NCBI GenBank assembly: GCA_001275005.1
Contig: JWZX01003317.1
Location: 45,534-65,533 of the forward strand
Source of the DNA: Chrysochromulina tobinii
Lineage: Eukaryota
Direction: 5' to 3'
DNA length: 20,000 bases
The stretch's first letter is position 1, and each line of letters starts with the position of its first letter. Shown here in pieces: positions 8,518 through 17,213 of this stretch. The position numbers and the translations under genes were made by a program. The notes below the pieces were generated by a model that was not told where the DNA came from, made no database searches, and worked only from the letters and a program-made list of their open reading frames with translations.

Positions 8518-8840
8518 GGACAGAAACTCACTCCACCCCAAACAAGAACAACCTAAACAGGAAGCCTGACGACTTGATTGGACTTGACTTGAAAACTCGG
8601 CCGAAACTCATCTCTGACCCAGTCGCTCTGGCCTCTGCACAACCGTCGCGAACTCCCACCGACCGCTCATGGCGGCTTATCTGCCCGCAGATCTCGCGCG
8701 CTTAGGGTTGGCAGGCTCTGCGCACAGAGTCGCCTCCACCTCCACCGCCGCCGCCACACCGGGCACCACCGCCGCCAACGCAGCCTCAGGCACAGCTCGA
8801 ACCGTGCCCAAATCCAAAAGAGCCGCCCGGGTTTCTCGGA

Positions 8841-10076
8841 ATGGAGGTGTTACGTGCCTACGCATCGCACCGTTCAAACGCCAAACTGATTGGGGCGCTT
8901 CGCGGGCAGTTTCCGCCCACGCAGTACCGCTTTGGCTCTGGGCACGGCACCTTTACTGGGCCGTACTTTGGCATCGATCAGCCAGTGCCCCGGCTCACGC
9001 TCGAGCAGTTCAAGGGCGCGTTGCGCGAAATGCAGCTCAATCTGCCGCAGGGCGAGATCGAGGCCGTCTTCAACACGATCGACGGCATCGATGGCGATGT
9101 CAACGGCTCGATCAGCCTGTCGGAGCTGCTGCGCGAGATCCGAGCCGAGCCGAGCGACCGGGCCGTGTACAAGCAGCGCAAGCATCTCGGTCAGATCTGG
9201 TCCGAGAGCCGAAAGCCCACAAGCTCTGGGCCGGAGAATTTGCGCGTCAGGCCGACAGTCCGCAGCGGCTACAGCAGCCAGGATGGCTATCGCAAGGCAC
9301 CCGTGCTGCCAGCGGAGAATGTGCCGCCGCCTAAGCCACAGCCACCGCCGGTATACGCCGACGTGCCCTACCGCATCGCGCCCCCCGACAGCGACAGTAC
9401 GCCCTTCAACTCAGGCGCCAATGCACTCAAATCGAACGTCTACTTTGGTCCGAGCGAGGAGTCCGGCGAGTGGCATCGAAAGGCGCCGCCCGGACCGCCC
9501 AAGGTCTCCCGTGGCAACTGGGCGCACGTGGGGCGTGGGCCGCAGCTGCACACGGCCGAAGTGGAACACCCTGATCGGTGGGTGCGAGATACGATCGGCC
9601 AGAGCCGCCCGGTCCCACGACCAACGAGCAACGCGCGCGTGATGCCGCCCGACCCGAGCCCATTCACGCGCTCCAGCAGCGTCTTCATCGGCGGTGATCC
9701 CGAGCCACCGCCGCCGCCGCCGCCACCTCCGCCCACGTACACCGTGCTGAAGGCGAACCCATGGGTAAGCGGCTACAACCGCTCCGGACGCAATCCCGAG
9801 TTTGAACGCACTGTTCCCTCCGTCCCGCCGGAGTGGAACGGTGTCCAGCAGCGTAATGAAGCGTGGGAGTCCGATATAAACGCGCCGCCGCCCAAGAATC
9901 AGGGCTCCTCGGAGTGGAGCAGTGTTCGGCAGCGCAAGGAAGCGTGGGCGTTTGGTAACGCACAGCCGCCCAAGAAGAAGGGCGCCGGCGCGCTCGACTC
10001 TGAGGACTTCATCGTCGTGCCGTCGCGCGAGAGCGGCTGGGTATCCAACGAAGGCTCGGTCAAGTTCTCGCGGTGA
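8841..10076 (+). CDS. EF-hand-containing, proline-rich protein (N-terminus probably extends upstream to ~8669-8706)
   Basis: RLTLEQFKGALREMQLNLPQGEIEAVFNTIDGIDGDVNGSISLSELL is an EF-hand pair-like segment, followed by poly-Pro tracts. The frame is open back to 8706 and encodes similar poly-Pro sequence there. Confidence 0.82.
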   Translation: MEVLRAYASHRSNAKLIGALRGQFPPTQYRFGSGHGTFTGPYFGIDQPVPRLTLEQFKGALREMQLNLPQGEIEAVFNTIDGIDGDVNGSISLSELLREIRAEPSDRAVYKQRKHLGQIWSESRKPTSSGPENLRVRPTVRSGYSSQDGYRKAPVLPAENVPPPKPQPPPVYADVPYRIAPPDSDSTPFNSGANALKSNVYFGPSEESGEWHRKAPPGPPKVSRGNWAHVGRGPQLHTAEVEHPDRWVRDTIGQSRPVPRPTSNARVMPPDPSPFTRSSSVFIGGDPEPPPPPPPPPPTYTVLKANPWVSGYNRSGRNPEFERTVPSVPPEWNGVQQRNEAWESDINAPPPKNQGSSEWSSVRQRKEAWAFGNAQPPKKKGAGALDSEDFIVVPSRESGWVSNEGSVKFSR

Positions 10077-10435
10077 GTTGCAACTGGGTCGAGAAACTAG
10101 AATTTGGTGTCGTGTGGACTGAGTGTGGTGAACTGGTCAATACTGATGGCGTAGTCAGTGTGCATGTACCTGTGCAATGTACATGTTTGTTCTTCGCATG
10201 GCATCAACACGATTCAAAGTACGCAAAGCGTCCGGACGTCTCGCGCTTACCCCCCCACAACTTTTTCCCAAAAACGTCACACCCGTGACACCTGCTTCAC
10301 TTTGCAAAACAGACACCGCGCCGCGGAACCGGGGCCGACCTTCTCTTGGAAGACAGCCGCAAGCTCGCGGTCGCCCCGAAGCCACCCCCATAGAAGAGCG
10401 TGCTCTGCCGAGCCGTGTGTCCGTCCCAAGAATAG

Positions 10436-11686
10436 ATGATCCTGGTGCGTCAGGTCGATGCACAGTCGAAACTCCTCGCCAACGATAAAGGCGCTGCGTA
10501 CTGGCATGTGTGGAAGCAGGAGTACCCAGGCGATTACAGCGTCCCGACGGGTACTATCAGCAGGAATATCGTGCCCACGAAAAGCTACATCCAGCGAGAT
10601 GGCGCCATCCATGGCTATAAACCTGAACCTGGCAGCGGTCGACCGCAGCGGTCCAAGAGCGTCGACATACCAATCCAAGATGCCGACAGGCCAACCAACA
10701 TGCTCGTGCTGGCGTCTATGTCACCAAGCCCCCCACGGCAGCTAGAAGATCACAAAATCCCAGCACCGCCGCCGGCCGTGGGCGGAATGTATGTACGCAG
10801 CGAAGACGGAAAGCTGGTCGAGAGCTCGCACTACAAGGAATGGATGGCTGCGCAGCGTGCGCCCTCAGAACTAGAGCTGAAGCACCACAAGCAAAACTTT
10901 ACGGAGCTCCTTTTCCTGGAGGCCGAGCAGTGCGCAGCCAGTGGTATCGTTTCTAAGCTCAGCCAGCAGCGCTCACCGCGCTCCACATTACATGGCGCTG
11001 CACGTCCCGTGGCTCTCGAGCCCGACGCACCTGGGTCTTCAGCGAGCCCAATCAAGCCCAGCATGGGGCGAAAGCACAACCCAGATCTGTGGGCACTGAC
11101 TTCGGACGGTAAGGGGGGGTATCCCTCCTATGATCATGATTCTCCGGGAACTTGGGGCGGCGGGCACGCTGATGCGCCAGCCATTCGCGCGCGCGGCATC
11201 GGCAGCTCAGACATCCTCAATCCCACTGCAATTCAACATGCAGGTGGCAGCGTGCAGCGCAATTTCGAAGACTGGGGTGCAGCAGCAGTGGACACATCGT
11301 TTCCAAGGGACAGGCACGTCCCACTTCAAGACTCAGTCGCCAACGCCGCCCTAGTCGGGCGCGGCAAATCGGATGTTGACGTCTATTGTCAATACAGTAT
11401 TTCGCCGCGCCAGCAGCGCGCCGAGTATAAGGCTCTGGAGCTGCAGGCACGCGAGAAGGCCGATCACAACACCAATCGGCGCCAACGCACAAGCGTCACC
11501 GTGGCTTATTGGGACGAGCGCGAGCGTGCGCGCCGTGTGACCTATGCATCCGCGGCGCTCGCGTCCAGCGACCTCAACGCTGAATTAGCAACTCGCGAAT
11601 ACTGGATGAACCAGCCAACGTCAAACAGGTTTCCAGTGGCGAGAGGTCAATACAATCTGCCCAATTTCAACCTGAAAATGTTCTGA
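10436..11686 (+). CDS. Hypothetical protein, largely disordered
   Basis: 416-aa ORF occupying its own gene-sized interval. No recognisable domain and the start is uncertain. Confidence 0.7.
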   Translation: MILVRQVDAQSKLLANDKGAAYWHVWKQEYPGDYSVPTGTISRNIVPTKSYIQRDGAIHGYKPEPGSGRPQRSKSVDIPIQDADRPTNMLVLASMSPSPPRQLEDHKIPAPPPAVGGMYVRSEDGKLVESSHYKEWMAAQRAPSELELKHHKQNFTELLFLEAEQCAASGIVSKLSQQRSPRSTLHGAARPVALEPDAPGSSASPIKPSMGRKHNPDLWALTSDGKGGYPSYDHDSPGTWGGGHADAPAIRARGIGSSDILNPTAIQHAGGSVQRNFEDWGAAAVDTSFPRDRHVPLQDSVANAALVGRGKSDVDVYCQYSISPRQQRAEYKALELQAREKADHNTNRRQRTSVTVAYWDERERARRVTYASAALASSDLNAELATREYWMNQPTSNRFPVARGQYNLPNFNLKMF

Positions 11687-12091
11687 ACGCACGCCCGCAC
11701 GGACGCAGAGCCCGGAGAATCGCACATCCAAAGGTGCACGCGACGGCGCGCGGGCGGGTGGGGTCGCCGTACGCCGACGGGGGCGCCCGCGCGCTGCCCG
11801 GCTCTGCGGACTGTGTGTACGTACATTATATTGATAATTAGCTGAAAAGAGTGGCGCTTTACCTTGGTATGGCACCCCGGCGCCACTGAGCACGACATGC
11901 CACACTACCCCTCCGCCGCGCCGGCGTTATGTCAGCGCACACGCATTGGAGTTTGGACATCGATTGGGACGTGCGTGGCCGTGGCCTACGTACTCTTCCA
12001 GTTCGGTGCTTGCGTTTGGAAAGGGAGCCGTGCCTGTTCTGCCGTTACCCCGAGCGCCTGTGGGCGAGCGTAGGGGAGGCCGTCGCCTCAC

Positions 12092-12994
12092 TCACAGGTC
12101 CGCCCTCGCCTTACTCGTGGCGCGCCCTGAGAGTTCGGGCTTGAGCTCGTAGTCGCCGTAATTCTCCCCGCGCTTCGTGACCTTGACGCACACCTCGTCG
12201 AGGCACACCTTGAGGCCATCCTTTGTACCGATCGCGTATTCGAGATCAATCTTGGCCCAGTACGCCTTCTGGCCGAAGAGATCGAGCACCTTTTCGCGCA
12301 GCTCCGTTCTGCTGAGCGACACGTGGCGCTGGCGCTTGCTCGATGCGAGCGCGCGCTGCTCGCCGCGCTCCTCCTTGGCTCTCTTCTCTTCGCGCTGCGT
12401 CCCGTGGTGGTTGAGCGCGGGCTTCTTGAGCACTTCGTCGTCTCCTACGATGTCTATCTGCTTTTTCTCTTGCGCTTTCTCGAACCGCTCGCGCACCAGG
12501 CTGTTGTAGTCCTCATCAAGTCCCTTGGGTCGAATCTCGCCCTTGGCGACGACGCGGCCCTCGAGCCGTGCACCGGCAGCTGCTCCGCCGGGGCACGCTG
12601 ACGCTGACGCTGCTGGCGCCGTCGACGAGGACGATCTTTTCGGCGGCTCGGCGGCCGAGTGCGAGAAGATGTACGTCGCCGGTGGCGCCAGCCCAAAATT
12701 GACCTCATAGTCGCACGGGATGCCCTCTGGCAGCGTAGCGCCGTCGAGCGTGAGCGTATACGCCGTTGAGGCGGACGATGATGACGAAGTGCCCGCCGAT
12801 GACGATGACGGCGCGATTGTGCCAAGAGGGCGGCCAGCAGCGTGCTGCACGCTGAAGTAATTGTTGAGGAACTTGGGAACCTTCAACACCCACAGCTGCT
12901 CGTTCGCATCGCCCATAGCGAGCGCCGCGTCCTCCGTTGTCGACGCCGCCGCCTTCTTGCGAACGGGTGCCTGCTCCACGCGTGGCTCGCTCAT
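12092..12994 (-). CDS. GTF2F2: General transcription factor TFIIF beta subunit (RAP30/Tfg2)
   Basis: N-terminal QLWVLKVPKFL, central LEGRVVAKGEIRP...DEDYNSLVRER, and C-terminal winged helix SRTELREKVLDLFGQKAYW...L...LDEVC...RGENYGDYELKPE match the RAP30 family layout. First ATG at 12994. Confidence 0.85.
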   Translation of the reverse strand: MSEPRVEQAPVRKKAAASTTEDAALAMGDANEQLWVLKVPKFLNNYFSVQHAAGRPLGTIAPSSSSAGTSSSSSASTAYTLTLDGATLPEGIPCDYEVNFGLAPPATYIFSHSAAEPPKRSSSSTAPAASASACPGGAAAGARLEGRVVAKGEIRPKGLDEDYNSLVRERFEKAQEKKQIDIVGDDEVLKKPALNHHGTQREEKRAKEERGEQRALASSKRQRHVSLSRTELREKVLDLFGQKAYWAKIDLEYAIGTKDGLKVCLDEVCVKVTKRGENYGDYELKPELSGRATSKARADL

Positions 12995-13249
12995 CGTGCA
13001 AAAGAGAGAGCAAGGGACCTCAAGTGCGAGGCTCAAGAATGGAAGCGCGAGCGAGCGAGCGACGCGTGCGGGCGGGCGCGAAGTCGCTTGCCGCGGCGCG
13101 GCTTTGCTCGGTAAAGGCGAGGCAGCCGCCCAGACGCCAACTGTTCATTGTGCTAAACATACTGATGCTTGCCGCACGCACGCGGGGCAAAATCCGATCG
13201 CAAAAGCAAAGCCCTCCTGACCGTCCGGATCGAAGCGCCGCTGGCAACG

Positions 13250-15016
13250 ATGACGACCTGCGCATCCGTCGAGGCCCACGCCTCGGGTTCGCCGCGCACC
13301 GTCGCGTCCACCGAGCCCGACAAGAGCCGCTTTCGCCTATTTCTAAAGGAGGCTACCGAACTCCTGGCCCCTCTCCGCCAGGACCTGGCAGACCTGGCGC
13401 GCTCCGCCAGGAAAGAACTTCTGGACCTTACGTCGGGCGGTTCGGCCCCAACGGCTTATACGGCTGTCTCCCGAACCGCCTCCATGATGGAGGCCGCGCC
13501 CCCGCCCCCGCCAGTGCCTGTACCTGCGCCGGCACCCGCACCCGTATCTGCACCAACTGCACCGCCACCGTCCCTGCCTCCGCCGTCACCTCCCCCGGCG
13601 CCCGCGGTAGACCCCGCGCCTGCTGCGGCGCCTGTGGCGCCCGCAGCCGCTGCAATGGCGCCCGCCGCGCCCGCGGCACCTGTTGCGCCCGCCGCTCCTA
13701 CCGCGCCCACCTCGCCTGCCGATGCAGCGGCTGTTTCGAGTGGGAGAGGAGGCGACGGAGGCGGCGGCGCTTCGCGCCTCGGCCCGTTTGAGATGAGCGA
13801 AACGCTGCTCGGCGAGGGCGGCTATGGGCGCGTGGTACTCGCACGACACGCGGAGAGCGGCGAGCACGTCGCTGTCAAGATGATGCACACCAACTCGCCT
13901 AACGCCGTCATGCGCGAGATCCACGCGATGCGGGTCGCGGGCACGCATGAGCACGTTTGCGGGCTGCGCGCGTACTTCGCCGGCAGCGACGGACGCACAT
14001 TCCACCTGGTGCTCGATTTGTGCTCGGGTGGCGAGCTGTACGCGCTCGTTGACAGGTACGGCGCGCTCGCTGAGGGAGATTCGTGGCGCTACTTTCGTGG
14101 GATGCTCGCCGGGGTGCGCCACCTGCACTCAGTGGGCATCGCGCACCGCGACCTCAAGCTCGAGAATGTGCTGCTGGGCGGGCCCGAGCAATTGACGCCC
14201 AAGATCTGCGACTTTGGGCTCGCGCACATCTACCAGCGCACGGCTGACGGCCTCAGCTTCGAGAACGTGTCCCTCACGCAGTGGTGCGGCTCGCGCTCCT
14301 ACTGCCCGCCGGAGATTATGGCACGCATGCCTTATGAGGGCTTCCGTGCCGACCTGTGGTCGCTCGCCGTGGCGCTCTTCGCCATGGTGAGCGGCTTCTT
14401 CCCCGTCGAAGAGGCGACGCAGCGTGACTGGCGCTTCTCACGCCTTGCGGTGCTCCAGCTGCGCGGCGGCCCTACGGGCGAGTCGACCACAGCCTGTATC
14501 TACGGCTTCTACTCGCGCCCTTGCCCGCTCTCGCCCGCTCTCGTCGAGTTGCTCGACGCGATGCTCATGCTGCAGCCGGGGCGCCGCATGCCGCTCGACG
14601 ACGTTGCGACCTCCGCGTGGGTCCAGGGCGGCCCCGATGCCCCTGCAAGAGGCCTGCCGCCGCAGCCCGTGGCGCCGCCCACAGCGCCCGACACGGCGCT
14701 CGACGCCGGCAGCGCCCGACATGGCGCGGACATCGGCGCGGACATCGGCGCGGCCGCGGCCGCCATGAATGATACGTTTATGGAGGGTGACGTCGTCGTC
14801 AACGGAATGCGCGACCTCGAGATGGCCGAGGTGGACGGCCCTCTCTACAGAGAGGGCAGAGGGAGATTGGGTGCTCACGACGGCGCTCACTCGCCGACCA
14901 CGACGGCGCCGCCGAGGCTGCGGCGCAACAAGGCGTGCAGCCAGCGGGTTGGCGTCGAGGAGGACGCACATGACGGGTCTTGTGACAGACGCGCAAGCGC
15001 TCGTGTTCAGGAGTGA
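13250..15016 (+). CDS. Ser/Thr protein kinase, CAMK group (SNF1/AMPK/CHK1-like), with a Pro/Ala-rich N-terminal linker
   Basis: LGEGGYGRV, VAVK, REI, HRDLKLEN, KICDFG, CGSRSYCPPE and ADLWSL are all intact. First ATG at 13250. Confidence 0.95.
   Translation: MTTCASVEAHASGSPRTVASTEPDKSRFRLFLKEATELLAPLRQDLADLARSARKELLDLTSGGSAPTAYTAVSRTASMMEAAPPPPPVPVPAPAPAPVSAPTAPPPSLPPPSPPPAPAVDPAPAAAPVAPAAAAMAPAAPAAPVAPAAPTAPTSPADAAAVSSGRGGDGGGGASRLGPFEMSETLLGEGGYGRVVLARHAESGEHVAVKMMHTNSPNAVMREIHAMRVAGTHEHVCGLRAYFAGSDGRTFHLVLDLCSGGELYALVDRYGALAEGDSWRYFRGMLAGVRHLHSVGIAHRDLKLENVLLGGPEQLTPKICDFGLAHIYQRTADGLSFENVSLTQWCGSRSYCPPEIMARMPYEGFRADLWSLAVALFAMVSGFFPVEEATQRDWRFSRLAVLQLRGGPTGESTTACIYGFYSRPCPLSPALVELLDAMLMLQPGRRMPLDDVATSAWVQGGPDAPARGLPPQPVAPPTAPDTALDAGSARHGADIGADIGAAAAAMNDTFMEGDVVVNGMRDLEMAEVDGPLYREGRGRLGAHDGAHSPTTTAPPRLRRNKACSQRVGVEEDAHDGSCDRRASARVQE
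14723..14753 (+). repeat. 12-bp coding tandem repeat (GGCGCGGACATC) x2.6, encoding GADI GADI GA
   Basis: Read directly in the kinase C-terminal tail. Confidence 0.8.
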
Positions 15017-15391
15017 AGCTGGAGACCGACACATGCTCAGAGATATGCGATACTTTATGGTGATGCGCATGTTGCGCGCGCAGCCGGCTCCGTGCTGACG
15101 TGGCGCGACGCCCGCGGCGCGCCACATGCGCACGTGCGCGGCGGGCTGAGGCTGTCAAAGTCACGCAAGAGTTACGCAAGTCGCAAGAGTAGAATCCGAT
15201 GGCATGCGAAACGGTTGATGGTAAACAAGGTATGTTCAATGTTGAAGTTGATGGGGTGAACCGGCCCGCGGGGGCCGGGGCTGTTTTGTCGTAACACTAC
15301 TTTTTCTGGCCGGTGGAGCTCCGGCCCGCCCCCGGGCCCCGGAGCGGATGTGCGGAGCCGTCCTTTTAGACGTGGTTTGGTGAGCGCCCGG

Positions 15392-15452
15392 GGGGACCGC
15401 AAGCAAGCTAATTAGTCGAAACAACACTTGCTTGCTTGCTTGAGGGGACCGC
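15392..15452. repeat. 9-bp direct repeat GGGGACCGC flanking a 43-bp insert with inverted (AAGC)n / (GCTT)n ends
   Basis: Direct repeats at 15392-15400 and 15444-15452. The insert is aagcaagctaattagtcgaaacaacacttgcttgcttgcttga. CAAGCAAGC (15400-15408) is the reverse complement of GCTTGCTTG (15434-15442). Confidence 0.7.
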
Positions 15453-15556
15453 GATCAAATTGTCTGCCAGTCTCTACTAGTTTTTCCCCACATCCCTGCT
15501 TTCGTTTGGGAGCAGACTAACGAGCATTTTGCCCTGGAAGGCAAAACTCGTTGAAG

Positions 15557-16816
15557 ATGGCGACGGTATCCCAAGGCGACTGGGTGGCTTTCGGCGACCA
15601 GCCGGCGCGCATTGGCAAGTGCGATGGTGCCAAGATCGCGGTTGCTCTGCTCGAGGGCAATCGCACGCTGTGGCGCACGCGAGCAGACGTCAAGCCATTA
15701 TTCGGCACGTCTGGCACGCCCAAAGCACTGGTCGAGGTTGGCGATTGGGTCAAGCTGGTCGCCAAGGCCGGTGAACCACAATCTGTCGCACAGGTGCTCC
15801 GGATCGAGGGCGGCAGGGTGAGCGTGCGTATCATCGACTCCGGAAAGACTCTCTGGCGCGGCTTTGCCGACCTGACACGACCGTTTGACGATGCTCCGAA
15901 GACAATCATCCTGAGTGGTGGCGCCGCCTCGACTGGCGCCTCGACTGTAGCGCATGCTCCGCCACCGCCAAGTGCGACGGCTGCAGCGCCCCAGCCCCTC
16001 AGGAGCATCGCGAGTGGCGCCGAAGCCAAAACTGCCTCATCGACCATGCTCACCCTGATGGTCTCGGGCAACTTCGGCGGCGGCCTGTCGGTGGACACGT
16101 CGGGCATGGCCTGCGTCGCCGACCTCAAGCCTGCCTTGCAGGCCAAGTATGCGCCGTGGGCGAATCTGCCCACGGCCTCGATTCGGTTCAAGTATGACGG
16201 CGAGACCCTCCCGGATGAGTCGCCTCTCGATCCGAAGTGGCATGATGGGTACCTGATGGCCATGGTACTCCGCTCATCCGGCCCCGTGGCCTCCACGTCG
16301 CCGACGAGCGTGGTTGAGGCCACCGCCGACGACGAGGCGCCAACGGCTACAGGAGGCCGTCCGATGGTTCGCTCGCCCTCGTTTGCGCAGCGGATGGCCA
16401 AACAGCGGCAGGAACGGTCCGCACAGCGCTCTGCGCGGGGAGTGAAGCCGTCGCCACGGATGAGCCATCCGCCCACAGGGCCCGAGCCAGCCGACCGCTC
16501 GCCCGACGATCCGCCATGCGCGCTCTGCGGCCGTCCCGTCGCTAAGAGCGAGGAGTGGGACGTAGAGAGAGCCGGTCTCGCCCCGCGTCTGTGCAATCAC
16601 GCGCGCTGGGCTGGCGTTGTGTTTCACGCGCAGTGCGGCGGATGCTTCAAGTGTGGGAGCAAGCTGTCCCTCGAGGTCGACGCCATCGGCGGCATCTATT
16701 GCGCGGCGCACATGAAGCAGCGCATCGCCGCCGCCGGAGGACCGATCAAGGCGTCTGACCCCGCGTCTCTACTCAACACAGAGAAGTATTTCATGAGGAC
16801 GAGCGCCGCCGCGTGA
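15557..16816 (+). CDS. Multidomain protein: two SH3/KOW-like beta repeats, a ubiquitin/SUMO-like domain and a C-terminal LIM-type zinc finger
   Basis: Internal repeat GDWV...G..I/V.V....TLWR...AD occurs twice. VADLK.ALQAK...LPTASIRFKYDGETLPDESPL is UBL-like. The C-terminus has C-x2-C-x32-H-x2-C-x2-C-x2-C-x15-C-x2-H. Confidence 0.82.
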   Translation: MATVSQGDWVAFGDQPARIGKCDGAKIAVALLEGNRTLWRTRADVKPLFGTSGTPKALVEVGDWVKLVAKAGEPQSVAQVLRIEGGRVSVRIIDSGKTLWRGFADLTRPFDDAPKTIILSGGAASTGASTVAHAPPPPSATAAAPQPLRSIASGAEAKTASSTMLTLMVSGNFGGGLSVDTSGMACVADLKPALQAKYAPWANLPTASIRFKYDGETLPDESPLDPKWHDGYLMAMVLRSSGPVASTSPTSVVEATADDEAPTATGGRPMVRSPSFAQRMAKQRQERSAQRSARGVKPSPRMSHPPTGPEPADRSPDDPPCALCGRPVAKSEEWDVERAGLAPRLCNHARWAGVVFHAQCGGCFKCGSKLSLEVDAIGGIYCAAHMKQRIAAAGGPIKASDPASLLNTEKYFMRTSAAA

Positions 16817-17213
16817 GGCAGTCCCGCGTGCCAACTCTATGCCAACACCATCGGATGTGGGAGCCTGTGTGCGCGCAGAGTGTGGGAAGATCTCCAGAGA
16901 TCGGATCGACGGCCGGTGTCAACCAGCGGCCCGGCCAGCCGTGGAGCCGAGCGGCTGTGGAACCTGAGCACTGCCTGGCGATGTTCGTCCTTCGACGGAG
17001 AGGCGGCTTCGCCCTGGGGCCTGGCCCCCACCTGGCGTGGCCGCCCTCTGTGTCGTGTGTACAAACTTATATTGTAGGTCCCCTATTCGCTATTGCGTGC
17101 CCATAAGCATAACTGTAAAGCGGCCAACAAGACCTCTTTTCCGCGGGCGGATTCAACAACGTTCGAAAGGCTACCCGGTGACCTGGGTTAGACGGGAGGG
17201 GATCAGCAGGGGT

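Noticed and set aside
8701..8707. CTTAGGG as a Ty1-type +1 frameshift site or a telomeric repeat
   Set aside because: From ATG 8669 the frame reads CGC-TTA-GGG rather than CUU-AGG, and a single TTAGGG is uninformative.
12937..13791. Long alternative-frame and antisense ORFs (e.g. 12937-13791, 15517-16596, 17260-18012, 2392-3099, 18915-19661)
   Set aside because: They are shadow ORFs of real genes in high-GC DNA, Arg/Ala/Pro-rich with no motifs.
15253..15290. GGGGTGAACCGGCCC resembles a stretch of metazoan SRP (7SL) RNA
   Set aside because: The following helix-8 motif (CAGG..GNRA..AGCAG) is absent. It is only a CCGGCCC/GGGCCGG hairpin.
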